Source: Candidatus Lokiarchaeum ossiferum (lineage in GTDB: Archaea > Asgardarchaeota > Lokiarchaeia > Sigyniarchaeales > Promethearchaeaceae). From it: a stretch of DNA of 32,000 nt. The notes beneath the pieces were generated by a model. It saw only the letters and a list, made by a program, of their open reading frames with translations. It did not search any database and was not told the DNA's origin. The stretch lies in NCBI GenBank assembly GCA_025839675.1, contig CP104013.1, positions 1,230,001 to 1,262,000 on the forward strand, given 5' to 3'. Positions 16,723 through 26,871 of the stretch are shown here, one piece after another (the stretch's first letter is position 1; each line of letters begins with the position of its first letter). Made by a program: the position numbers and the translations under genes.

Positions 16723-19029
16723 ATGTGTCCATTCAAGCAATCAACAGATATTAATGAACTAAAGGAAGTAATTGAAGAACTCGTAGAATCAAGAGAAAAA
16801 TATCGAAACATTGCTGAGATGGCCGCATTGGGATTAATGATCGTACAAAACAAAAAAATAACCTTTGTTAACCAATGGTTAGCAGATCTTCTAGAATATT
16901 CTGTAGAAGAAATTATGACATGGGATTTGGATCGAGCCAACCAGCAAGTTAATCCGGATGATTTAAGTCTAATTCAAATGGACCAAGAAAAAGATTTTCC
17001 AAACATGAAATTCCGGTTGATGTCTAAAACAGGTATTAAGTATTGGGTTAGACAATACTCAGAGAAAATTCATATTAATGGAAAAATCGCCGATCAAATC
17101 ATCATCTTGAATATATCGGATCAGATAAATGCTGAATTGAAGTTAAAACACACAGCAAAAAAATTCCGTGAAATTTTTGAGTTTGCTCCAGTAGGGATTC
17201 TTACTTGTGATAATCAAGGGCAAATATTAACATCTAATAATAGACTGTTAAAAATACTTGGTTCCGATTCCCATGAAAAAACAAAACAAATCAATCTTCT
17301 TAATTTTCCACCTTTAAAAAAAATTGGTTTTTCCCAGAAATTAGCGGAGTGCATTCAGAAGAAGATTGAAATTAACGCAGAAACAGAATATGTATCAAAA
17401 TGGGGTATTAAATCCTACGTTCAATACAAATTGGTACCTTTAGTAGATGAAAATGGGAAAACTTATGAAATTCTTTGCAATATCAACGATATCACACATA
17501 TAAAACAAGCTCAAGATGATTTAAGGGCGAAAGATCTTTTATTTCAAAAGATGTTCAATTTAGCTCCATTTCCAATCATGATCATTTCAGTAATTGGTTC
17601 TGTTAAATTTTTAAACCAAAAAATTATGGATATGTTGAAATTAACCGATATTGAAAATTTGGAGATAGATGATTTAATATCTATGAGTGAAATTTTAGTT
17701 CAAGATCAATTTTTAACAAGAGAAAATTTCAAAGAACGCTGGAATGAAGTTTTAAGCGTTATCAAATACCAAGATTATAAAACAGAACTAACGTTTCAAG
17801 GAAATGACATTTCTCCTATCCAATTATTTTGTACAATTTCTTTAATAGAAAATCAGATATTATTCATATTTGAAGATTTAACAGCTAAAAGACAAATAGA
17901 AAAGGAATGGCTCCAAACACAAAAGTTGGAATCCCTTAATATATTGGCAGGAGGAATTGCCCACGATTTCAACAATATATTAGTAGGAATCGTAGGAAAT
18001 ATTAGCTTACTGCAAATGTCCGAAGGATTAGATGAAGAAACAAAATCATGTCTGGCAGATCTTGAGAAAGCAACAAATAGAGCAAGGGGTTTAACAAGTC
18101 AATTATTAACATTTTCAAAAGGTGGAAAACCCATAAAGAAGGTGGGAAATTTGGCAGATTTGATGGAACAAACATTGCAACTCGTCACACCCGGGTCAAA
18201 TTGCAAAATTAAGTATAAAAAACCCGCCAATACTTTTTGGGCAGATATGGATGCAAGCCAAATCCAACAAGTATTCAACAACTTGATCATTAATGCGATG
18301 CAAGCGATGCCTCGAGGAGGAAATATTTCAATTACCATAGAAAAATTTGATTCAGCCCCTATAAGTACAATGCCCAGAACAAGTAACGGCTATGCACAAA
18401 TTTCTATTTCAGATGAAGGACAAGGAATACCGAAGGAATATGCAAATCGAGTTTTTGAACCATACTTTACCACAAAAGATACCGGAAATGGATTAGGGTT
18501 GGCATCAAGTTACAGCATAATTCGAAACCATCAAGGATATATTAAATTTGATTCTCAATTAGGACAAGGAACTACATTTTACGTCTACATCCCACTTACG
18601 AAAATTAATTTAAATATTCCTTTATCTTCTAATGAAAATTTCAAAAATTATAAAAAGCGCGCTTTAATAATTGATGATGATGTAATTGTTTGTAAAACGA
18701 TGCAGAAAATGCTCCAAAAATTTGGAATAAAGTCAGATGTTGAACATGATGGGTTTTCTGCAATAAATCGCTATGAACAAGCATTAAAGACGGGTATTCC
18801 ATATGATTTTACCATCATTGATTTAACAATTCCTGGCAGTATTGGAGGTAAAGAAATTATCCAACGACTAATTGTTTCAGATCCCAATGTCCAAGCTTTA
18901 GTTTCAAGTGGATTTTCTCATAATCCTATAATGGCAAATTACCAAGAATATGGTTTTAAAGATGTACTAGTGAAACCTTATAATTTAAGTGAAATTCAGG
19001 TAAAATTGAAAAATCTTTTTACAAAATGA
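16723..19029 (+). CDS. Soluble multi-PAS hybrid sensor histidine kinase with a C-terminal receiver domain
   Basis: The H-box is GGIAHDFNNIL (His codon at 17962-17964) and the N-box is QQVFNNLIINAMQAM. G1 is ISDEGQGIP and G2 is GNGLGLA. The receiver has LIIDDD, FTIIDLTIPG (Asp codon at 18820-18822), VSSGF and VKPYN. About 400 aa of PAS-like repeats lie upstream, and I saw no obvious TM segment. Confidence 0.9.
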   Translation: MCPFKQSTDINELKEVIEELVESREKYRNIAEMAALGLMIVQNKKITFVNQWLADLLEYSVEEIMTWDLDRANQQVNPDDLSLIQMDQEKDFPNMKFRLMSKTGIKYWVRQYSEKIHINGKIADQIIILNISDQINAELKLKHTAKKFREIFEFAPVGILTCDNQGQILTSNNRLLKILGSDSHEKTKQINLLNFPPLKKIGFSQKLAECIQKKIEINAETEYVSKWGIKSYVQYKLVPLVDENGKTYEILCNINDITHIKQAQDDLRAKDLLFQKMFNLAPFPIMIISVIGSVKFLNQKIMDMLKLTDIENLEIDDLISMSEILVQDQFLTRENFKERWNEVLSVIKYQDYKTELTFQGNDISPIQLFCTISLIENQILFIFEDLTAKRQIEKEWLQTQKLESLNILAGGIAHDFNNILVGIVGNISLLQMSEGLDEETKSCLADLEKATNRARGLTSQLLTFSKGGKPIKKVGNLADLMEQTLQLVTPGSNCKIKYKKPANTFWADMDASQIQQVFNNLIINAMQAMPRGGNISITIEKFDSAPISTMPRTSNGYAQISISDEGQGIPKEYANRVFEPYFTTKDTGNGLGLASSYSIIRNHQGYIKFDSQLGQGTTFYVYIPLTKINLNIPLSSNENFKNYKKRALIIDDDVIVCKTMQKMLQKFGIKSDVEHDGFSAINRYEQALKTGIPYDFTIIDLTIPGSIGGKEIIQRLIVSDPNVQALVSSGFSHNPIMANYQEYGFKDVLVKPYNLSEIQVKLKNLFTK

Positions 19030-19047
19030 CAAGTAAGTAGATAATTG

Positions 19048-22000
19048 ATGGCAATTTTCAAAGAAAAGCACCTTAAGGAAATTTGTAAGGATATTCTGAT
19101 TTCCCAAGAACAAAGAAAAATTGCTTTTCTGTGGTTAGAAAAATTAAACCAAAATAATCGTGATACTATTACATTTCTACAAAATTTTACAAGTTTGATA
19201 TTAAATAACATATTACAGCTAAATATCTCCTCAAGTTTTGAGAATTTTACAAGTTCAAAATACTATCATGGAACTTTAAAATACCCGTTAGATGTTGAGC
19301 TTCTGGTGGAAAATGCATTTTTTAGTGAAAATACACCATCCTATTCAGCCCAATCTCCTTCCCAAATCAAAACAAAACTCACAAATAACCTTTGGAATAC
19401 TCTAAAAATTTCAGCCTGTCAATTTGGAATAGCAACGGATGGCAGATTTTTTCTTTTAATGGTCTATGGCTTCGGAAAATATAAAACCCAATTTCTGGAT
19501 TTTACTGATATTGTCCATGACGAAGATAATTTTAAAATATTTATCGGGATTTTCACTCTGACAACTCAATCTGGAAAAAAAAGAATGCAAGTTTTACTTA
19601 ACAAAGCAATTTTGGAAGAGCAAAAGAAGCAAAGAAAATTTTATCACTTGATTCATGAAACTCGAATTATGTTAAAAGACGAATTTGCAAAGACTTGTGA
19701 AATACCGAAAGAAAATGTATCTCGACTGGCGAATACATTTCTAAACCGAATTTTGTTATTTTTTTTTATGGATAATTATGAAAATGTGAATAAGACGAGA
19801 AGCAGCGCAGATCTTCAACATCTCATCTCGAAAAAATGGAAACAATCTCAAAACTCCACTTTGTTTTTTCAATCTTTATTAAAAATGTTTAAACTTCAAG
19901 ATAAACAACACACATTTTTAAAAAATAACCGAGAATTTTCAATACTAAAAATATCATATTCTCTCCCCAAATCGATCAAAGTTTTCGATAATAACCCCCT
20001 TATACAGAAATTGGTGTCAATTTCATTATATTTCTATCAAGAAAAAATAACACTTCATCAATTAGGTACCCTATTCGAGCAATCTTTTGAAATATTCACA
20101 ACAAATATTAAAAAAAATAATCAATTCAGAAAGGATTCAGGTAGTTTTTATACCCCAGAATATGTTACCGACTTTTTAACACGAAAAACGATAGTTCCTT
20201 ATCTTTCTAAGAAAAATACAGAGACGATTGAACAATTGATTGCTGAACATGAAAACGATATAGAAACACTCCAAAACAAAATAGATTCTATAAAAATTTT
20301 GGATAATGCATGCGGGGCGGGAGCATTTCTAATTAAGGCAACAGAAATTTTGGCAATTATTGAGGAACAAATCGAAAAATTCAAGAAATCTCCGAAAAAA
20401 GAACAAAGAAAGCAAAATTATGACCAAATAGACACGGATCTCGAATATAATCAACTATCACCCTACTGTTTTTATGAATTAAAAAATTTTTCTCATTTAA
20501 ATAAATCAAACATCTACTCAAATAACATTTTTGGTGTAGATTTGAATCAGAAAGCGATTGAATTCGCCAAATTATCTATCTTCTTGGACTTAAAAATGAC
20601 AAGGGGATGTAATTCCGATTGGAATAATAATCTAAAAAGTGGAAATTCCTTATTTGACCAAGATGAAGGATTTATAAAGAGTTCTTTTGATTGGGAACAA
20701 AATTTCCCTTCAATTGTAGAATCAGGAGGATTTGATGTGATTATCGGGAATCCTCCCTACATTGATATCAAAAAATTATCGTCAGAAGAAAGCCAATACA
20801 TTTTTCAAAAATATTCAACGTCTCATAATCGAATGAATCTATATTCTACCTTTATCGAACGGGGACTTCAATTACTAAAATCTACAGGATATTTTGGTTA
20901 TATTATCCCCAATTCGATTCTATATAATAGTTCATATAAGTTAATTCGTTCAAAACTCTTAGATTCCACTGAAATCTGTAAAATCATTAAAATGCCGGAT
21001 AATGTTTTTGCTGATGCACGTGTGGAAACCATCCTTCTCATTTTTAACAAATCTCACAAAAAAGATACAGAATGTGAGGTAGTAATTTTTCCACGAGAAA
21101 TTCCTCTAAACCACATTGCACCATCTTTTGCTAAAAAGCATTTTTTCATGAATACGGAAAGATGGAGTCATAATAAATTAGATACCAACAAAAAATCAAA
21201 AGAAAAATCAACATCACATCAAGATACAGCCCCTTTTTTATTGATTGATAATTTAACTCAGACATTGTTGGAAAAAATAGAACGTAATTCCCCGTTATTA
21301 GGAATTTCTTCTACAAATTATGATGCAATCTGCGAAATCTCATTAGGTATAACCCCTTATGATAAGTATTGCGGTCATACTAAAGAGCAAATTCAGAAAA
21401 AAGTCTTTCACTCACCTACCAAAATAAACGATGAATACAAACCACTTATAAAAGGTGGAGATATTGTTCCCTATGGTGTTTTTTGGAGTGGTGATCAGTT
21501 CATCCGCTATGGTCCATGGCTTGGAGCTAAACGAGAAGAAAGGTTTTTTAAATCAAAACATCTTGTCATCCGCCAGATTTTAAGTGGAAACCCCCCTCAT
21601 ATATTAACAGGACTTGTTGAAAACCAAGCTTTGTATAATACTCAAGTAGCGTTTAATCTTATCCTCAAATCCCAAAAGCACTTTCAGTATGAATATTTAC
21701 TTGGATTATTGAATTCAGACCTTTTGACATTTTATCATAAAAATAAATTCCTAGATACCACAAAAATCTTGTTCCAAAAAATTTTGATTCAAAATGCGAA
21801 AAAATTGCCAATAAAAATGACTTCAAAAGTATTGCAAGATAACCTTATACATGTATCGAAAGAGTTAATAAAATGGACCCAGAAAATTTATGAATTAAAA
21901 CTAGAATATTGGACTTCAATGCAATCCCGAATCCTATTGAAAAGGATTACTCCAAAGATGCTTAAATTTCCCTCAATAACTATTGAAACACTGCTTAAGG

Positions 22001-22206
22001 AATTAGAAAAGAATGCGATTAAATCTTTAAGTATTCAGCAAGAACAATTATTAATCCAAGATTTGAATAACTTTGGAATTCAATTTAATCTATACTATGA
22101 TAAAATCTGTCAACTGAGAAAACAAAGCAACGGTATCGTGTATGAAATATATGGACTCACAAAAAAAGAGATAAATCTTATTGAAGAAGATTTATCTGTG
22201 ATTTAA
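19048..22206 (+). CDS. Eco57I/Type IIG-like N6-adenine DNA methyltransferase fused to a TaqI_C-like specificity domain. The status of the N-terminal nuclease-like module is uncertain.
   Basis: The methyltransferase motifs are FYTPEYVTDFL, motif I ILDNACGAGAFL (nt 20302-20328) and motif IV DVIIGNPPYI (NPPY at nt 20749-20760). The specificity region is ISLGITPYD...LIKGGDIVPY...IRY, and the C-terminal end is YGLTKKEINLIEE. The N-terminus has FGIATDGRFFLL and FLNRILLFFFMDNYE, both typical of this family. The ATG at 19048 follows the TTG at 19045. Confidence 0.8.
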   Translation: MAIFKEKHLKEICKDILISQEQRKIAFLWLEKLNQNNRDTITFLQNFTSLILNNILQLNISSSFENFTSSKYYHGTLKYPLDVELLVENAFFSENTPSYSAQSPSQIKTKLTNNLWNTLKISACQFGIATDGRFFLLMVYGFGKYKTQFLDFTDIVHDEDNFKIFIGIFTLTTQSGKKRMQVLLNKAILEEQKKQRKFYHLIHETRIMLKDEFAKTCEIPKENVSRLANTFLNRILLFFFMDNYENVNKTRSSADLQHLISKKWKQSQNSTLFFQSLLKMFKLQDKQHTFLKNNREFSILKISYSLPKSIKVFDNNPLIQKLVSISLYFYQEKITLHQLGTLFEQSFEIFTTNIKKNNQFRKDSGSFYTPEYVTDFLTRKTIVPYLSKKNTETIEQLIAEHENDIETLQNKIDSIKILDNACGAGAFLIKATEILAIIEEQIEKFKKSPKKEQRKQNYDQIDTDLEYNQLSPYCFYELKNFSHLNKSNIYSNNIFGVDLNQKAIEFAKLSIFLDLKMTRGCNSDWNNNLKSGNSLFDQDEGFIKSSFDWEQNFPSIVESGGFDVIIGNPPYIDIKKLSSEESQYIFQKYSTSHNRMNLYSTFIERGLQLLKSTGYFGYIIPNSILYNSSYKLIRSKLLDSTEICKIIKMPDNVFADARVETILLIFNKSHKKDTECEVVIFPREIPLNHIAPSFAKKHFFMNTERWSHNKLDTNKKSKEKSTSHQDTAPFLLIDNLTQTLLEKIERNSPLLGISSTNYDAICEISLGITPYDKYCGHTKEQIQKKVFHSPTKINDEYKPLIKGGDIVPYGVFWSGDQFIRYGPWLGAKREERFFKSKHLVIRQILSGNPPHILTGLVENQALYNTQVAFNLILKSQKHFQYEYLLGLLNSDLLTFYHKNKFLDTTKILFQKILIQNAKKLPIKMTSKVLQDNLIHVSKELIKWTQKIYELKLEYWTSMQSRILLKRITPKMLKFPSITIETLLKELEKNAIKSLSIQQEQLLIQDLNNFGIQFNLYYDKICQLRKQSNGIVYEIYGLTKKEINLIEEDLSVI

Positions 22207-22220
22207 TTATTTCTTAGACT

Positions 22221-23069
22221 TTATTCACAATAATTTTCCCCGTCACTTAATAAAAAGAAATCACGCATAAGCTTTGAGTTGGGAGTGACAGAATATTGTT
22301 CCAGATTGCATATTCCGTTCTTCATTAATACTTCATCATCGATGAAGAAATTTCCAGTTACTTCTCGACTAGATTCAGTAAGAATATAGTAGGCGGCATC
22401 CGCTACAATCTCGGGCTTTCGTGACCTTTTTGCAGTAGCTTTTCCTCCAAGAAGATTTCGCACAGCAGCAGTATCAATGGCAGTACGAGGCCATAAAGAA
22501 TTAACGGCAATACCATCATCCTTTAATTCTTCTGCTAATCCTAGCACACTCATGGACATTCCATATTTTGACATTGTATATGCTAAATTATTCTTGAACC
22601 ACTGTGGCTCTAAGGATAGAGGTGGAGACAACATTAGAATATGAGGATTCGATCCTTTCTTCAAATGGGGGATACATAATTTCGAAGTCATAAACGTTGC
22701 CCGAACATTAACAGAAAACATTAGATCAAAACGCTTCATGGATGTTGCAATCGTTGAAGTGAGACTGATTGCACTAGCATTATTCACTAAAATATCTATC
22801 CCACCAAAAACATCAATGGTTTTATCTACTGCATTTTGTACTTGATCCTCAAACCGAACATCGGCAATAATGGGTAAAACTTCCCCTCCAGCATGTTTTA
22901 TTTCTTCAGCGGCAGTATACACGGTCCCGGGTAATTTGGGATGGGGTTCTTTCGTTTTTCCAATTACCACAATATTGGCTCCATCAGCAGCAGCCTTCAT
23001 AGCAATTGCTTTTCCAATACCCCGAGAACTTCCTGTGATAAAAATTGTTTTTCCTTTAAGAGATCTCAT
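22221..23069 (-). CDS. Short-chain dehydrogenase/reductase (classical SDR)
   Basis: The motifs are TGSSRGIGKAIA (TGxxxGxG), LVNNASAI (NNAS) and the YTMSKYG catalytic YxxxK. Confidence 0.85.
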   Translation of the reverse strand: MRSLKGKTIFITGSSRGIGKAIAMKAAADGANIVVIGKTKEPHPKLPGTVYTAAEEIKHAGGEVLPIIADVRFEDQVQNAVDKTIDVFGGIDILVNNASAISLTSTIATSMKRFDLMFSVNVRATFMTSKLCIPHLKKGSNPHILMLSPPLSLEPQWFKNNLAYTMSKYGMSMSVLGLAEELKDDGIAVNSLWPRTAIDTAAVRNLLGGKATAKRSRKPEIVADAAYYILTESSREVTGNFFIDDEVLMKNGICNLEQYSVTPNSKLMRDFFLLSDGENYCE

Positions 23070-23173
23070 AGATTACAATTAGTTCATAGATATAAAGGAG
23101 TATCCCTTGAGAGAAAAAAGGAAAGTGAAAAAAAATCAAATGCTATGAAAAAAAAAAGTGGAGAAAATTTATA

Positions 23174-24010
23174 TTACAATATTGTGGTAAGAACGGGCTC
23201 AATGAAATTATCCAAAAACATCATAATTACAAATCCAAAGATAATTCCAAAAGTTACTTGGCGAGAATGCTCTTTCCCATGGGTTTCAGGGATGATTTCA
23301 TCCGCCACAACAAAAATCATTGCCCCCGCGGCAAACGCCATTCCAAATCCTAAGAAGAAACGAGCAATATTTACCACAGCCACTCCAATGAAAGCACCAA
23401 CAGGCTCAACAATCCCCGTAAATGTCGCAATCAAAAATGCCTTCTTTTTAGAGTAACCTTCACGCAATAATGGCATCGCTACGGCAGTTCCTTCAGGAAT
23501 ATTCTGTAATCCAATTGCAATAGCCACAACTAGCCCCATGGCAATCTGAGATACATCTCCACCTCCAAAACTCACCCCTACAGCTAATCCTTCTGGAAAA
23601 TTATGAATAGTAATTGCTATGATGAACAACCAAGTAGCAGCAAGTCGTTTCGAAACCTTCCCTTCAGGACCTTTAACAAAATGTTCGTGAGGTGCCCAGC
23701 GATCGATAATATCTATAAAAAATGCACCCGCTAGGACCCCGATAACAACAATTCCAACAGTCCATAAGTTTTGCAAATTTTCAGAATTGAAATTAGGCGC
23801 TCCACCATCTTCTGCAGATAAATTTAAAGCAGGAACCAGTAAACTAAAAGCAGAGGCTGCTAACATCACACCTGCAGCAAACCCGAGCAATAAATCAAGG
23901 GCTTTATCGGAAATGTTTTTTTTAAAGAACACTGGAAGAGCCCCCAATCCTGTTGCTAAACCTGCTCCAAGAGAGGCGAGAGTTCCAATCAAAATAATAT
24001 TCCAATCCAT
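23174..24010 (-). CDS. zupT: ZIP-family divalent metal (zinc) transporter
   Basis: It has HNFPEGLAVG and a second NIPEGTAV motif, with about 8 TM segments. The in-frame ATG at 24008-24010 gives the typical MDWNIILIG start, whereas the track's upstream start is a TTG. Confidence 0.8.
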   Translation of the reverse strand: MDWNIILIGTLASLGAGLATGLGALPVFFKKNISDKALDLLLGFAAGVMLAASAFSLLVPALNLSAEDGGAPNFNSENLQNLWTVGIVVIGVLAGAFFIDIIDRWAPHEHFVKGPEGKVSKRLAATWLFIIAITIHNFPEGLAVGVSFGGGDVSQIAMGLVVAIAIGLQNIPEGTAVAMPLLREGYSKKKAFLIATFTGIVEPVGAFIGVAVVNIARFFLGFGMAFAAGAMIFVVADEIIPETHGKEHSRQVTFGIIFGFVIMMFLDNFIEPVLTTIL

Positions 24011-24267
24011 AGAATAAATTTTCTGATAACCTTCATTAATGTTTCCATACAATAAAATTTCTGATAAGTTTCATAATTTTTCTATTTTCTTCCATATTTT
24101 TGGATCTTTAGACTCAATAAATCACTTTAAGGAGTCCATTTACAATCGCATCGATTTAGAAAAACAACTGCATTTAATAGATCTAAGAAAGAACACTTTT
24201 TTTTATTCCATTATAAGAGATTAGCAAAAACCTAAGCTTTATAAACAACATTCTCACTAAGAAAGAT

Positions 24268-24894
24268 ATGAACATCGCAGTTTTAATATTCGCAATATTA
24301 CTAATGGGAATAGTGTCCTTAAATCTTCATCATTTCATTGAACGGAGACGTGAAAATAAAAAGGATGAACAAATTTATTTCATCACATTATTTGCATTTT
24401 TTATGCTTTCAGCGATTAATTATTTATTTATTGGAATAACGGATACAAAATATCTCCCAGTTTCATTTGGAATCTCAATTGGTTTTCTTTTCTTCTTACT
24501 CGCGGCAGGGATGGCTTTAATTCAAAAGCTGAAATGGTCGAAACCGATTGGAATAATAGGAATAGTATACAGTCTATTCTATATTGCTTTAAGCCAAGCA
24601 GGAGTATTCGAAAATTGGGAAATGACAGAAACAGTTAATCTAATTACTAATGGGATCTCTGGACTTGTTTGCATTATCACTCTAATCATTTTTGGATTTT
24701 ATTATTTCAAAACGCGAATGTCTCCTCTTTTGGGATTATTTTTAGGGATATTGATTCCAACTATTCAATTCATGACAATTATCATCACCGGAGTGGATAT
24801 TCCTGAAATCTATAATGTTATTCTTATAATTGTGATTAATTTAATCATGTTTTTAGGGTTTAAGGGAAAACTAGACTTTAAAAAACGAGAATAG
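24268..24894 (+). CDS. 6-TM membrane protein of unknown function
   Basis: It is 208 aa with six hydrophobic helices. I recognised no motif. Confidence 0.45.
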   Translation: MNIAVLIFAILLMGIVSLNLHHFIERRRENKKDEQIYFITLFAFFMLSAINYLFIGITDTKYLPVSFGISIGFLFFLLAAGMALIQKLKWSKPIGIIGIVYSLFYIALSQAGVFENWEMTETVNLITNGISGLVCIITLIIFGFYYFKTRMSPLLGLFLGILIPTIQFMTIIITGVDIPEIYNVILIIVINLIMFLGFKGKLDFKKRE

Positions 24895-24938
24895 TATAGC
24901 ATTCCCTCATTTTTTTAACTTATTGGAAATTGACGAAA

Positions 24939-25730
24939 ATGAAAATAATATCAATTTTTGGAAGCCCACGAAAGAAATATTCATACGAGTATACTTCACT
25001 TGTCAAAAAAATAATGGATGAAGAAAGAAATTCCATCGAATATCAAGACATTTTTCTTCAAAAGATTTTGCAAGATAATTGTAATGGGTGTTATCAATGT
25101 ATGAAAAAAGGTGAAAAATTCTGCAAGGATTACCAGAAAATTAATCCTATAATTCAATCATTGGATAATGCAGATGGATTAATCATTTCTTGCCCAGTTT
25201 ATGTGGATAATGTCTCTGGACTAATGAAAAATTTCATCGATCATCTTGCCTATCTTTTACATCGACCGAGATTTTTTGGAAAAAAAGCCATAATAATTGT
25301 TTCTACCCTTGAAACCGGAATCAAAAGTGTATCCCATTATCTTTCTAAAACAGTATCGCAATGGGGATTTGATGTAGTGGGGACTATTGGAATTAAGGTA
25401 AAGGGGTTTGAACAAAATGAAATTAAAAGAAGCAAATATATGAAAAAAATCAAGAAATTGTCTTTGATCTTTCTCCAATCCATAATTCAAAACAAAAAAC
25501 ATTCTCCAAAATTAGAAAATCTGATTTTCTTTCATTTGTTCAAAGTCTTAGTCAACCATACCCGGGATCTAAGCCCTGAAGATTATAATTATTGGGAAAA
25601 AAAAGGGTGGTTTGAAAAAAACTATTTCTATAAAATTTACTTAAATCCAATTACTCTCACAATGGCAAAATTCGTAGCTTTTTTAGTGAAAATCCGTATT
25701 GCCAAGAATGAAAAAAGGAAGATGAAATAA
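24939..25730 (+). CDS. Flavodoxin-fold NAD(P)H-dependent FMN reductase-like protein with an extra C-terminal ~90 aa amphipathic/hydrophobic extension
   Basis: The motifs IISIFGSPRKK, CNGCYQC...C and LIISCPVYVDNVSG parallel those of the 8570-9148 product. I chose the ATG at 24939 because the track start at 24930 is a TTG. Confidence 0.6.
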   Translation: MKIISIFGSPRKKYSYEYTSLVKKIMDEERNSIEYQDIFLQKILQDNCNGCYQCMKKGEKFCKDYQKINPIIQSLDNADGLIISCPVYVDNVSGLMKNFIDHLAYLLHRPRFFGKKAIIIVSTLETGIKSVSHYLSKTVSQWGFDVVGTIGIKVKGFEQNEIKRSKYMKKIKKLSLIFLQSIIQNKKHSPKLENLIFFHLFKVLVNHTRDLSPEDYNYWEKKGWFEKNYFYKIYLNPITLTMAKFVAFLVKIRIAKNEKRKMK

Positions 25731-25819
25731 CGCCATTGGTAAAGTTTCCAGAGAAATCTCTATTAAAACTCAGATAATTGTAGCAAAATTTTCATAAAGG
25801 GAATAATTTGAAAGAACAA

Positions 25820-26761
25820 ATGGCAAAAATTCCTGCACCCATCACAGGATTAGGTTTAGGATTCGCAAGTTTGGGATCTTTAACATTAAATTTCAGTTCA
25901 ATAGCAGGGAATATGCTTGGAATTTTGGCAGCGTTTATTTTATTAATTTACCTTTCAAAAATCATTTTAAATTTTCCAGCGTTTGTCCAAGATTTAAAAC
26001 ACCCGGTATATAGTTCCACTCTTCCCACATATAGCATGGCTTGGATGATATTAGCAACTTATGTTGGGAGAATCAATTTGACGGCAGGAACTATAATATG
26101 GATAAGTGCTGTTTCTTTTCATATATTGTTACTGATTAGCTTTCTGTTCAATACCTTTAAAAAATTCAATTTCCAAAATTGGATTCCCAGTTACTTTATT
26201 CCTCCTGTAGGGATTATTGTGGCTTGTGTAAGTGGAGGAATGTTTAATTTTCCTCTGATGTGTGAAATTGTCTTTTATTTTGGTTTCATTAATTACCTAA
26301 TTATTCTTGCTTGTGTACTACTCCGATTAAAGTTAGGGGAGATTCCCACTCCAAAAAAACCAACCATTGCAATTTTAGCTGCACCAGCAAGTCTCTGTTT
26401 AACAGGCTATATTTCTCTCACTACGATTATAAACCCTATTTTTATTTACATCTTAGCACCACTCTCTTTTCTAATGATCTTAGTAGTCTATGCCCTACTT
26501 TTCAAGCTTCTAAAACTAAAATTTAATCCAGGATTTTCTGCCTACACTTTCCCGCTGGTTATAAGTGCTATTGCAATGTTGAAATTCGCGGAATTTTTAA
26601 CAAATTCAGGAAATAACTGGGGAGGTTTTGTTTGGGTAATCGGATTGATAGAATACGGAATTACTTCTTTGGTTGTTACATATGTCGGAATTCGATATCT
26701 GCTTTATTATTTGATCTTGAGTAAAAACTTCAAACGCGAAGAAATATGCAGACAAATCTAG
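25820..26761 (+). CDS. TDT-family (TehA/Mae1/SLAC1-like) anion transporter
   Basis: It has about 10 TM segments and an N-terminal PAPITGLGLGFASLG that resembles the TehA family start. The size fits. The assignment is by pattern only. Confidence 0.5.
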   Translation: MAKIPAPITGLGLGFASLGSLTLNFSSIAGNMLGILAAFILLIYLSKIILNFPAFVQDLKHPVYSSTLPTYSMAWMILATYVGRINLTAGTIIWISAVSFHILLLISFLFNTFKKFNFQNWIPSYFIPPVGIIVACVSGGMFNFPLMCEIVFYFGFINYLIILACVLLRLKLGEIPTPKKPTIAILAAPASLCLTGYISLTTIINPIFIYILAPLSFLMILVVYALLFKLLKLKFNPGFSAYTFPLVISAIAMLKFAEFLTNSGNNWGGFVWVIGLIEYGITSLVVTYVGIRYLLYYLILSKNFKREEICRQI

Positions 26762-26871
26762 GAAATTGATTAAAACTCTCATATAAGATGAGGGGCAAAA
26801 TTGTAAATATAAAGAAAATCTAAAGCTTCATTAAGGTATAAGTGCATTTTAAAATAGGTCTTGCTACAACA

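Noticed and set aside
19048-22206. The large NPPY methyltransferase could be BREX PglX or part of a Type I or Type III system.
   Set aside because: There is no PglZ, BrxC/PglY, BrxA/B or BrxL, no hsdR/hsdS, and no res/helicase gene anywhere in the window. Its flanks are a histidine kinase and an SDR. A stand-alone Type IIG-like or orphan enzyme is the more economical reading.
22870-23456. A 171-aa + strand ORF (22941-23456) and a 70-aa ORF (22870-23082) bridge the SDR and ZIP genes.
   Set aside because: They run antisense to two well-supported minus-strand genes and cross the intergenic spacer. No motifs were recognised and the composition is typical of antisense frames.
24039-24224. A 61-aa ORF lies in the spacer between the ZIP gene and the 6-TM gene.
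   Set aside because: It lies in a divergent promoter region, overlaps the TTG-extended ZIP start and has a low-complexity translation. It has no support.
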